Of a DNA stretch of 64,000 bases, positions 1 to 11,229 are shown in pieces. The position numbers were made by a program, and so were the translations under genes. This DNA comes from Eledone cirrhosa. Taxonomy: Eukaryota. The notes below the pieces were generated by a model that saw nothing but the letters and a program-made list of their open reading frames with translations, was not told the DNA's origin and did no database searches. The stretch spans positions 73,966,001-74,030,000 of the forward strand of contig OZ024740.1 of NCBI GenBank assembly GCA_964016885.1. The letters run 5' to 3'. Positions within the stretch are counted from its first letter, which is position 1. The number at the start of each line of letters is the position of its first letter.

Positions 1-1570
1 GGAACCAGCAATGTAAGCACAATGAAAGGAAGAGCAGGAGAAATTGTAAAGATGCTAGAGCGAAAGGAAATTGATGTATGCTGTGTGCAAGAGACTAGAT
101 GGAGAGGAGAGTTTGCTAGAGTCCTCGTAGGTAAAAGTCAATGCTTCAAATTTTTCTGGGTGGGAAATGACAATGGGATGGGAGGGGTAGGAATACTATT
201 AGTTGACAAATGGGTTGATAAGGTAATCTCACAGAACAGGGTGAATGCAAGAATCATTAAACTCAGACTAGTCCTGAATAAAACAATTACCACAATAATA
301 TCAGCTTACGTACCCCAATCAGGGTTGCCAGACGAACTTAAGGATAGATTTTACGAGTCCCTAATGCACACTACTGCCCTAACAAACGACAATGACTTCC
401 TAATCATTGCAGGAGATTTCAACGGACACGTTGGTAAACACTGTGATGGCTACTATAGAGTCCATGGAGGCCACAGGTTTGGCACAAGAAATGAAGAAGG
501 CTTCAGGCTTCTGGAATTCTGTGACGCCAATGACATGTTGATATGTAACACAAACTTCAAAAAACCCGACAACCATCTGACCAGGGAGCATTCTAGTCAG
601 ATAGATTTTATCATCATCAGAGGGTGTGATAGATGGACGGTTGTAAACACAAAAGCCTTCCCTGGTGAGGAATGAACATAACTTCGTTGTGAAAACTAGC
701 TGTCAAAACTAGACGAACTTGGAAACAGAGGGCAACCTGGAGAAGAAAGATCTGGAAGCTGAAAGACCCCTCAATCAGTAACAGGTTTAAAGATATTCTA
801 CTCGACACCTATGACAGTAAAGAAGAACAGATAGAGACATTCAATGTAGAAGAGCACTGGGAGTTCCTAAAAAATAACTTACTAAAGGCAACAGACGAGA
901 TCTGTGGTTGGAGCAAGTCCATAGGGAGGAGGAGAGTGACTTGGTGGTGGAACAATAAGGTAGATGAGGCAGTTAAGGCTAAGAGACAGGCATGGAAAGA
1001 ATGGAAGAACGGGAGTAGCAGGGTACATTACATAGAGACCAGGAGGGAAGCTAGGCGACAAGTATACTTAGCTAGGAGGGAAGCAGAGGATAGAAAATTC
1101 AAGCATGTTTTGCAACATGAGGATCAGAAACAGGAGGTGTTCAAGATTGCGAGGCAGTGTGTCAGAGAGAATTGTGATGTCATTGGAGAGAAGTGTATCC
1201 GGAATGATAATGGTGAGCTTGCCCTCACAAGTGCCGAGAAGAAAGCTGCGTGGAAGAAACATTATGAAAGATTACTAAACAAGGAGAATGCATGGGAAAA
1301 AGAGACCCTACCCCAAGTGGACCCTATAGAGGGGCCAGCAGTACAAGTCAGCAGCAGCGTAGTAAGTAAGGCAATCAAAGATATGAAGACAGGGAAGGCA
1401 ACTGGTCCATTGGGAATAGCTGCCGAGATGCTGAAGGCATCTGGGTTGGTAGGTCACACCATAACCACACAAATTGTTAACCAGGTAATACTAGAGGGTA
1501 TCATACCAAAAGATTGGTGCAGCAGCATCATTGTCAACTGCTACAAAGGTAAAGGTGATGCACTAAAGAC
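1..1570 (+). mobile_element. RTE-clade LINE fragment: APE endonuclease plus N-terminal part of RT, disrupted and 3'-truncated
   Basis: ORF 22-675 has APE motifs (VCCVQETRW, GVGI, SAYVPQ, AGDFNGHVG, QIDFII). ORF 936-1598 has TWWWN, GKATGP-GI-AEML and CYKGKGDAL, after which homology stops. Confidence 0.92.
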
Positions 1571-2239
1571 AAGATATCTACCCCAGAGCGTTCAATAACT
1601 GGGTAAGTTATTGGGAAAACGGAAGAGGGAGGGAAGGAAAATAGAAGGGAAAAAAGGGAAAAAAAGAGAAAAACAGCGAAAAAACAACAAATCGAGGAAT
1701 GTGCAAGCAACCTAAGGTAAGAAAATCCAAGACCTCAGCGATAACAGAACTTTAGTTCAAGAGCATGTGGGCGAACGAAAAGACATGTCTGACCCCAGCG
1801 AGTGTAAGTGAGAAAAGGACTGCTAGAGGGTCAGGCGAGGGAAACACTGAGGTGGCTGGAAGATTTCAGCCAACCCTCGTATACCTATATATTCGCAATG
1901 TAATAGTTTTCCTAATACTTTCTTAATCACATATCTCACAATACTTCATATAAAATGTCTTCATATATATATAAATATATATATATGTATATTAGTATTC
2001 GACCTGTTTGTATATATCGATGTTGTAGTATTATTATGGCAACATGCATTTGGTTGCTTTATTCTTGGTGTCACACTTTATTAACTTTTTATGTTTACTC
2101 TGGACGAAAATGTACTAACTTTTTGCACAATTGAGTGCTTTGTGACTGCCTCAAACAATTTGATTTGTATCTGCTATACTGCAGCTACAACTTCAATTTA
2201 TACCATCATATATATATATATATTATAGACATGCATGGA

Positions 2240-3950
2240 TAGACCAGAAAATGTTGACATCACTATGGGATCTACAGACTCAGCTCAGGTTACGGACTTT
2301 GTGGGAGTTTACATCCTACACCTAATCAAAAGAAGGATTCCAGAACTAGGTGGAGGTTTATGCCATGATGGATGACACTCTTTTCACTTTAGTTAACCAT
2401 AGCCACAGTGCCCTAAATGAGAAAAAGAAAATAATAATAGACTTTTTTTTAGCAATTACAGTCTTAAACTAGAAATAGGAAATAATTGTAGAATAGCCAA
2501 CTTCCTCGAAGTAACACGAAGCCTTAATTCTGGCCTATACTACCCATACTACAAATTAAACGAAAACCTCACCTATGTTAGCTACTTCTCCAACCCCCCT
2601 AGAAATGTTAAAAAGGCCATAGTCAAAAGTGTACAGCAGAGAATCTCTAGTCTCTCAGCTAATAGGGAAATCTTCAATGGCAAAGCTAGCTACTATAATA
2701 ATGCATTAGCAAGAGCTGGTTACCAGGACAAAATTGAATACATACAAAAAGATAGAAGCAATTACACACCCACACATAGACCCAAACAAACCAATGGCAT
2801 AAACACTAACAAACATGCAATTAACGGTAATGGAAATAATAGGGTGTACCTGAATCCAAAACAATAGAGACAGGATAAACCAGGCTTCAAACAAATATAA
2901 TTCAACTACCACCATAAAATTAAATAAGAGGGTGAAATCCTATTCCATTCTGTGGTACAATCCACCCCACTCCTTAGAACTACAAAAAAAATCATAGTTA
3001 GACTATTTTTTAATGAATCAGATAAATGTTTTCCCAAATCACACAAATACTGCCAAATCTTTAATCGACACACGATTAAACTTTCTTACTCAACAACCAA
3101 AAGCATAGCCCAACATATAGCGAAGATTAATAATAGAAATCTGGGAATTAAACATAAAGTGATAACACATAATAGCAAGCATAAAAACAACACCTCGAAC
3201 AACAGAGATAAGACCATTAACACAAATAAGACAACCCAACAAACACACAGACACAGAGAAGGAACAATGAACACTAACGAAAATAATTGCAATTGAAGAG
3301 ACCATAACAGATGTCCTATGCAAAATAATTGTTTAGATAAGAATATTGTTTATGAATGGAGGCACATGGCTTAGTGGTTAGAGCATTGGCCTTGCAACCG
3401 AAAGGTTGTGAGTTCAATTCTCAGACTGGGTGATGTGTTGTTTCCTTGAGCAAGACACTTTATTTCACATTGCTCCAGTTTACTCAGCTGTAGAAATGAG
3501 ATGATAGGGACTGGGGTCTGCAAAGTGGTTGTGGAGGTGCCATGGCAAAAAAAGCACCCAGCACTCACTGTAAATGAGGTTGGTGTTAGGAAGGGCATCC
3601 AGCTGTAGAAATCAAGCCAGAATCAGTTCCCGTCCCACCCTTGCAAGCAGGGAAAAGCGGACGTAAAATGATGATGATGGTGATGATGAATGTAGAGTAA
3701 CAACGAGTAGTGAGACTTATAGATATACTGGCACAACCTCTACAAGATTTAAGTAAAGATGGTACAGCCATCGCCACTCCTTTAAAAGGTCTAGCACAGC
3801 CCTGTTGGAACTGATTTGGTTGCTAAAAAATAACCAAGTACAATACTCTCTTTCTTGGTCAAAACTTTCACATGCTTTTCCCTATATAAATGGATCTATA
3901 CCTGGGTGTGACCTCTGTACTACAGAGACTTTGCACATCATATCAATAAT
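2240..3950 (+). mobile_element. Degraded Penelope-like element (RT + GIY-YIG), interrupted by a SINE
   Basis: Manual translation gives DITMGSTDSAQVTDFVGVYIL (2256), IFNRHTIKLSYSTT (ORF 2952-3296) and NIVYE|CRVTTSSETYRYTGTTSTRFK across the SINE. Collinear with the PLE ORF at 36626-38308. Confidence 0.85.
3358..3688 (+). mobile_element. tRNA-head SINE (family A) with RTE-derived 3' tail
   Basis: A-box-like TGGCTTAGTGGT, B-box-like GAGTTCAATTC, (GAT)n tail. Direct repeat ATGAATG at 3352-3358 and 3686-3692 (TSD). Near-identical copy at 11775-12116. Confidence 0.9.
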
Positions 3951-4514
3951 TATCAATAAATATTCTGACATATTGTTTACATAAAATATATAAGACATTC
4001 CACATAGTATATAGTTAAAACTTCCGTAAGTAATATAAAATAGACGATCAACTAATTAATAAACCATTCACAATTATATAGATAAATTATAACATCACCA
4101 TCAAAGTATCAATATTTAAAATCGAAATTAAAATTTAAGTTAGTAAAATCTAGTCCGGAAATATTAAAAAAAAAAAAAAAAAAATTAACAGTACTTCCAT
4201 GCCATATTATGAATCAAGCAACACATCTGGTAACCTGATACCCCAGCCAGCTTACAATGACCAATGCCAGCAACTATCTCCCACCCATAATAGAGAAATC
4301 TGGTCATATGTGTACTGGTTGGTGAGGTGAATAACACGTCCGACTGGTAGCATATCAATGGAAAATTACATCTCATTTGTATGTTTGAAGAGAACGTGTA
4401 AGTTTTTTTTTTATACAACTACCTTACATCTTCAAAATATGTATAACGAATAAAATAAAGATGTACAAATAAAACCGTCCCTCTTATTTATTATATATAT
4501 ATATATATATAAAA

Positions 4515-4640
4515 CAAAGAGGGTGTGGTAAGGTGGACCATAACGCACCAGAGTACTCAATACTTAAAGTAGTAGAGTGGGTAATATGAAAATTACGGAT
4601 CTAGCTGTTGAAATGGCCAGAGCTCAGCCATCGGGGTACT
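4515..4640 (+). repeat. Partial inverted copy of the hairpin element at 42483-42677, between (TA)n tracts
   Basis: TGGACCATAACGCACCAGAGTACTCAATACTTA..GTAGTAGAGTGGGTAATA and GAGCTCAGCCATCGGGGT match the reverse complement of 42486-42665. Confidence 0.75.
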
Positions 4641-4796
4641 GACTTTTTTCATATATATATATATATATAAAATTAAAAAACGGAGTTAAAGATTCACATT
4701 AATCTCCTCACTCTGGTGGTTTTTGATCCCCTATGATTGAATACACATCTCTATGTGTACTTCTCTCTATATGCTGATATATGTATATATATAGTA

Positions 4797-5025
4797 TAAA
4801 TAATATTTCATACACTTACCATATCTGTGATCATTGGTTTCAGGGTCCAGTTATGGCCATCACCATATATCGGAGGAGGCTCTTCCAAACTGACCCCTCA
4901 TCAGGCATGCAGACAAATATAAGTGCCTTCTCCAATATACAGCGGTGGCTATAACTGGGTGGCTATAACTGGACCCTGAAACCAATGGTTACATATACAT
5001 GCTAAGTGTATGAAACATTATTCTA
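4797..5025. repeat. Imperfect inverted repeat (~90-bp arms) with a degenerate HHR-like core in the loop
   Basis: CATTGGTTTCAGGGTCCAGTTAT (4832) versus ATAACTGGACCCTGAAACCAATG (4964). Minus-strand CTGATGA lies at ~4897-4903. Confidence 0.65.
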
Positions 5026-5070
5026 CTAAATAAGCTCTCTTGCAATGAATGAAGCATCTACAGATATCCT

Positions 5071-5072
5071 GC

Positions 5073-5157
<85 letters not shown>
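5071..5157. repeat. (CA)n microsatellite
   Basis: Directly visible. Confidence 0.98.
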
Positions 5158-5159
<2 letters not shown>

Positions 5160-5419
5160 TATATATATGAAGCTATATCTGCTTGACTTTGTCTAAATGT
5201 GAAACACGTTCCACAAAGAAAATGCATAAATCTTTATATTCTTTTATTCATAACCCGCACTGTATTTGTACTGTATTAATTCTTATCAAGTTTTCAACAA
5301 TTATGTAAATATGTTTTGTCAATCTCATAAATTTCTGATTGTATATTTCTGAAGATATTGTCAGGCCACCAACCTTGTCTTTCTTAGAGATTAAAGCTTG
5401 ATGAGGCTGGAGTTTATCC

Positions 5420-6070
5420 TCGTTTCATAAGACATTAAGTAACTGAGAGTACAAGATGATGGTCTATCGCAAGTTCAAATGACAGGGGCTGCTGGTATTC
5501 ATTTTTTCCAGCTTAGTTGACTGGAGCAGCTTGGAATTAAGTGACACAATGCAGATCTCTGACAGGCAATGAAACCCACAACTGTATGATTGTGAGACCA
5601 ACACAGCAACTACTAGGTTTAACTTTTTCCATTATGTACAAGTTATAAATGCCCAGTTTTTAGAATTGGTACACCATATCCTTAGACAAATGAAATGTTT
5701 GGTGTTAGGAAAAGCAGCTGTCCATAAAACACTGCTTCAAAAAGCCCTATCCAACCCATTAAGGTCCATTGGTCAGGATTGACCATGAATTTGAACTTAA
5801 GCAGGATGTTTTATAGAAGACCTGCTGTTGTCCAAGCATGCTAGTCTCCCTTCTTCAAACCACCAATATTGTCCAAGAGAAAAGCGTAGGCTGATACAGC
5901 TTGGTACCAGTGCTGTTGCTACTCATTTTTACTAACTAAATGAACTGGAAAATCATTTAATAAAGTGTCTTGCTGAAGGACACAATGCACTAGTCAGACT
6001 GTCATTTGAACTCATGACCATTACAATCATGAACCCAACACTCTAGCCACTTGACTACACACCTTCACAT
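5420..6070 (-). mobile_element. Two old SINE relics related to the family A head and body
   Basis: AATAAAGTGTCTTGCTGAAGGACACAA and GACTGGAGCAGC resemble 11995-12035. Confidence 0.55.
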
Positions 6071-7011
6071 GCAACTTATACCTGCATAGGTAAGCAAAGG
6101 TAAAAACAACAGTGGTGATGATTGTCATGCTATCAACCATGTACCATTATGTAAATGTGTTACATCTGTCATGTATTTAGTTCACATTTTATTAAGTAAA
6201 ACTTCTACTATTAACATTGGCAATTTGAAAGAGAGTGAGTGAAGATTGACAAATAGTTAAGTAAAAAAACTATTTGGTTCAATTCTCATTTCAAGCAGCT
6301 GAAAAAGCCCTCATACTGCTTAATTTCACAGTGAATCTAAATTCATATAAATATGAGTTTGTATATGTATTGCTTCATTACCCACTCTGTATAGGTATTC
6401 CATTAATATATGGTATACAGTTTGGTTCCTGTATCCTTTGCATTCAAATCTTCACAAAGTTTAAACAAACTTGTTTTTTTCATCCTTAAATGAAAGGATT
6501 ATGAGTAAACTGAGAACTTTATTTGTTATACCTCCTTATATACAAAATCTATACACAAGTAATTAATAACAATTTAACATAGATTTTTTAAATCTAATAA
6601 TCTAGCATGAAATTGACCTTTCTGGGGAAAAAGGTCCTTATGGAAGAATAAATATTATCAAATGGTATTAAATGATGAATATTGTTAAATGATAATCAAC
6701 ACAAAAGATGATTTCTAACACTGAGTATGAATAAACTGTAAGTAAGATAATATCAATAAATCCAAAATTCATGAAAGATTTACTCTATCAGGTCTCACCA
6801 TATTTCATTAGATGAGTGAGTTAAATTGGAAATTTGTATAAGATTTCTTTAATTGTCCAAATTTGTCACTTTTATTGTATTGTTTTCAGAAAATGTATAT
6901 TTTTTCAGAAAATTTACTGATGTAGTTTTTGATAAAATGTTGTAAATTCATAATTGCAGTTTGTTACATTTTCAAAAGACAACCACTTTTTACAAAAATT
7001 TAGTCCATCAT

Positions 7012-7200
7012 AATTGTTTCTACTTTTGGCACAAGGCCAGCAATTACCCAGTACATTACTGGTACTTTATTTTATCGACCCCGTAAGGATGAAAGGCAAA
7101 GTTAACCTCGGCAGGATTTGAACTCAGAATGGAAAGGGCCGAAACTCTATGCGTCAAGCATGACGTCCGACCCTCTACGGATACTGCCAATCCACCGCCC
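7012..7200 (-). mobile_element. SINE family B (tRNA-like head)
   Basis: Minus strand reads GAGTTCAAATCC (B box) followed by GCCTTTCATCCTTACGGGGTCGATAAAAT. Near-identical copy at 40105-40294; diverged copies at ~8370, 34617, 49080, 54045 and 54290. Confidence 0.85.
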
Positions 7201-7224
7201 TCCCATCATAATGATATCAAATAT

Positions 7225-7700
7225 ACCAACAGTATTCTTAGCATAGGAGCTAGCTGGTTGATCCAGAAGTGATGGGAAGAGACTAGACTGCCTTACCATT
7301 TGTCCCTGGGTAATAGGTAGGTGTCTCATCTGAGACTGTTTTGCTCCCTCCCTCATCCTGGACGGCGCAGTAAATGTGGGGGTCACTGTTTCCATTGCAG
7401 AATGGAATAAAATTCAGAAATACCTGGATTTATCCAGTAAATATTTTTTCCAGTCTGTGGTATTCAAAGTTCTTGTCATTGCTGGCGACTTGCCTTACTG
7501 AGGTGTCAGGTGCCTGGTTGTTTCAGTGCCTTAGCCTCACCATCACCAGTGGCAATGCTGTGAGCATATTGGCTTGCCTCAAAGTGTTTAGTTATAACCC
7601 TTATGATGTGATGTGGGGTCGATTGTTGCACTTGGTGGTGAATTGCCCCACCCTTTTTTCTTGTTTTTTTAATGTTTTTCTCTCTCTTTTATGTATTTAT
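7225..7700 (+). mobile_element. CRE-type non-LTR retrotransposon relic (restriction-like endonuclease C-terminus)
   Basis: Translation ELAG*SRSDGKRLDCLTICPWVIGRCLI*D resembles the RxDGKRPDGxTxxPW..WD motif, and WLFQCLSLTITSGNAVSIL resembles LFQRLSxAIxRGNAxSIL. Second copy at 49720-50010. Confidence 0.7.
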
Positions 7701-8504
7701 TTGTATATATTATATGTGTTTGTGTTGTCGTTCTGTAAGCATTATATCATTATATTTTTATACAACTGTAAATAAATGGAATCTATTATTAGGATTTTTA
7801 GGAACTGAAGAATGAAACCTGTAAATTTTTGCTGTCTAGATAGCCAATATATAATAACTTGTATAGAGGATTGTAGTATGACACTATTGAAAGGAAGAGA
7901 GAATGTGGAAACTAGTGCCTGAAGCCACAAAACTATCTTTATTCATATAAAGATTATGCTCAATATATCAACTATCATGTCAATTATAACCTATTCTACT
8001 GACACTTAGGAATACATCCCATATTTTCTACAGCTGGTTGTGTTCACCTGGACAATACAAAGAAGGACTATATTTGCAATGAAGTAATACGTCAAAGAAC
8101 TAAAATGGATACATTGAGTATTATAGTTACAGTGTTTATATTTTGAATAACACCAACAAAATTACATGGCATAGTACTTTCAGAAACATGCAGCCAATAG
8201 ATATTTCATAGAATTATGCCAAATCCAATGCCATAAGATGAAAGATGGTAGCTGATCAATTTTCAGAAGAGAGAATAGAACTTGATATGTTGGGATGACA
8301 AATGTTTGATCAGTTTGACAAGGGCATGCAATGAGTGGTGTCTGCTGCAGTTAACCTTGCTGTAATATACTAGAGTTCAAATCTCACCAAGGTCAACTTT
8401 GGTTTTCAGCCTTTCAAGGTTGATAAAAATGTACCAGTCTATTACTGGGGTTGATTCTTCCTCTATATCTCTTTCTCACCTCCTCTCTACAACTCTCTAT
8501 TTCT

Positions 8505-8612
8505 CTGTATTCAGACATGAAGAGGAAATGGGCTCCACCAAGGTTAAAAATTATCCAAGAAATGCCATACATCACTGCAGCAGCTCCACAACTCCATCAG
8601 AAATTATGGGTT
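8505..8612 (+). repeat. Unclassified old dispersed repeat (other copies at ~13500-13600 and ~55635-55735, both minus strand)
   Basis: Shared core TTCAGACMTGRAGARGARRKGGGCTYYRCCA.G.TT..AAA, aligned by eye in three places. Confidence 0.6.
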
Positions 8613-9194
8613 TAAAAGAATATATAAAAGTAAGAAATAATAATGTCAGCAGAAACAGAAGCATGTGTGTTAAACTAAAGATAATTATCAATTATAATTG
8701 ATTGGCAGAGTTGTTAGAATATCAGATAGAATGTGTTGCATTATTTGTTTATGATCTCTGCACTTTGATTTTAAATCCCACTTGGAGTATTGTCCACGGA
8801 AATGCTTTCGCCATTCTGTCTGCAGAATGTAGCCGAATTATCACTCTGACCTAGGTGTACATACTATCACCATTTCCCCTCCCCCTTTCTTTCTTCCTTT
8901 GTCTAGTAGTCCTTGCTCTTCCCCTCATTTTTTTTCTCATTTATGGCATTTATAGTCCTTTCCAATACTGCTCTAATATTTTGGTTTACTTCATTCTACA
9001 CTTAATGTAACAAATTTGTTTTAATTAAGAAAGTACCATTTGTGTTGAAAAGACTTTTGGATTAAGTCTCCAGTTTGAGACTACCTTCCACTCTGTCTCC
9101 CACCCGAGTTAGTGGTACTGAAAAAGGTCATGGGCACTGCCCTTCCTTCCGTGATTACACAGTAATAAAAGAATATGATGAATTAATGAAAGAT

Positions 9195-10247
9195 CATCAT
9201 CATCATCATCATCGTTTAACGTCCATCTTCCACGCTAGCATGGGTTTGGACGGGAATTTTCCCACTTGAGGCAAGATTGGTTGTCCTGCTCGTATAGGAC
9301 TGTCTGGAGGGTTTTCTATGGCTGGATGCCCTTCCTAACACCAACCACGTTTACAGTGTGGACTGGGAGGTTTTTACCGTGTTACCTACATGGCCACATT
9401 ACAGCGTGGACTGTGTATTTTTTTGTTGTGACACCTACACGCCCTCATTTGTTTCGGACTGGATGCTGTGGTACCAACATAACTTTACATTGGAAGGGGT
9501 GGTGTGGATGGGGTGGGGGTAGTGGGGCCGGGGTGTATTTTTGTTAGAGGTGCCTACTGACTGTAGGTTTCGCGTTGTACTTAGGCAAGGCAGGTCTTCT
9601 GTATTACTGTGTATCCCCAAAGATCTTGGTCCAGTGACATTGTCTTGGAGAGATGTAAGTGTGTGAGGTTGGAGTTTAGCAAGTCATCCCAGGTTTTTCT
9701 GGGTCTGCCTACTCCGTGGCTACCGTCTATTTTTTATCGCCCTGCACTTTTTTATACAGCTGTCGTCTTTGATGCGCATCACGTGACCGTACCAACGTAG
9801 TCTTCTCTCGAGTAAACAGCATCTGATCCCTCTTATTCCTAATTTCTCCCTTAGTTTGTTTATGCTTTGCCGTTCACGTATATTACTATTACACATCCAG
9901 CGGAGCATGCAAGCTTCATTCCTCTCTAGTCTGCATATATCCTCTGCACTCAATGCCCAGGTCTCACTGCCATGCAACATTGCTGTTCGTATGCAGGCAT
10001 CATATAGCCTGCCTTTCATTTTTAGAGAGAACCCTTTAGCGGCCAATAGTGGTATAAACTCTCTGAACTTTTTCCATCCCGTTCTGACTCTAGCTACTGT
10101 ACTTTCGGAGCACCCTCCACCACTGCTGATTTTGTCACCCAGGTAACGGAAGGTGGCCACTATTTCTATAGAACCATCTGTGCGATGGAATGAGCTAGTA
10201 TTCTGTGGGCACTTGCTGCTACTTATTGCACCAGAGTACCGGCCACC
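9195..10247 (-). mobile_element. 5'-truncated RTE LINE (family A): RT C-terminus, 3' UTR and (GAT)n tail
   Basis: ORF 9720-10160 has FRYLGD, AMLHGSETW and RRLRWYGHV. (CAT)n on the plus strand at 9195-9213. Confidence 0.93.
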
Positions 10248-10479
10248 GGAAAGATATGAAGATTAACCCCACCATGGCCATGTAATGTTTTTCACCAATA
10301 ATTATACATTGATAGTATGTTTCTACTTTCAATTCCTAACAAAAAATTAACTTCATTTAAATTTAATTGTTTCTTCTTCTTTTTGCTTATTATGTACATG
10401 ACTTGACATTTGACCTTATAATTCTATGCCCCAGGGAGAGACATTAACCAAATCATGGCAGCTACTTAAAGACATTTAA

Positions 10480-10702
10480 CCCTTTTGTTAGCATATTTCT
10501 ATTGAGACTGCCTATTATTTTCAAATCCTTTTGAAAATAACAATTTGTAATATTATTAAGTTCATTTTTGGAACATAACGTAGCAAAGATTCTTGCATAA
10601 AGTTATGATGGGAGGCTTTTTAAAACCACATAAACACTTTAAAACAAACAATTATATATCACAACCCAAGAGGCAGTTTCAGGTGGTTTTGTATCAAAAG
10701 TG
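10480..10702. mobile_element. piggyBac-like MITE
   Basis: TTAA|CCCTTTTG ... CAAAAGTG|TTAA, with sub-terminal GAGACTGCC/GGCAGTTTC. Related internal sequence at ~52095-52260. Confidence 0.65.
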
Positions 10703-10929
10703 TTAAATCCAAAATGAGAACAATTTCTCTGTATATTTTCTGTGTATTAAATCAAATAATACAGGATGATATTATATTCAATGACTGGTATAACAGCTGG
10801 ATAATCAACTACTACAAGGGCAAAGGAGATAGAAAAAAACTATAGAAGTATCAAGTTGATGAACCAAGTTACTGAAAGTGTTACATCACAACTTGTTACA
10901 GATAGAATTAACATAAATAAAATTTAGCT

Positions 10930-11220
10930 TGGCTTTGTGTCAGGAAAAGGTACTATTGATACTATCTTTCCTGTGAGACAACCAGAGAGGTAGCTAAGAA
11001 TAAACCTCTCTACTTAGTATTATTGACCTGGAGAAAACTTTTGATAGCATAGCCCACTCGGTAATCTGGGAGATGAATAGCTTGTGACGGATACACAGGT
11101 CCCATGCATAGGTGCAGTCAGCAAGACTAGAGTTAATGACTACAGCAACAAAATTAAGCATGCCAGTGGGAATCCACCAAGGCTCAGAGTTCAGTCCCCC
11201 TTTCTGTTTATTATATTGTA
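10930..11220 (+). mobile_element. Highly degraded RTE RT fragment
   Basis: GFVSGKGTIDTIFPVRQ, NKPLYL..DLEKTFD and VGIHQGS..SP remnants. Confidence 0.75.
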
Positions 11221-11229
11221 GTCCTCTAA

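Noticed and set aside
1850-1883. Mariner-like terminus (minus strand TA-CGAGGGTTGGCTGAAA)
   Set aside because: Only one end is present, with no matching TIR or transposase found.
3359-3430. tRNA gene
   Set aside because: It has A/B boxes but continues into a SINE body with tail and TSD, and no complete acceptor stem was seen.
4190-4400. Possible plus-strand exon (AG..GTAAGT)
   Set aside because: All three frames contain stops across the interval, and the acceptor is preceded by poly-A rather than pyrimidines.
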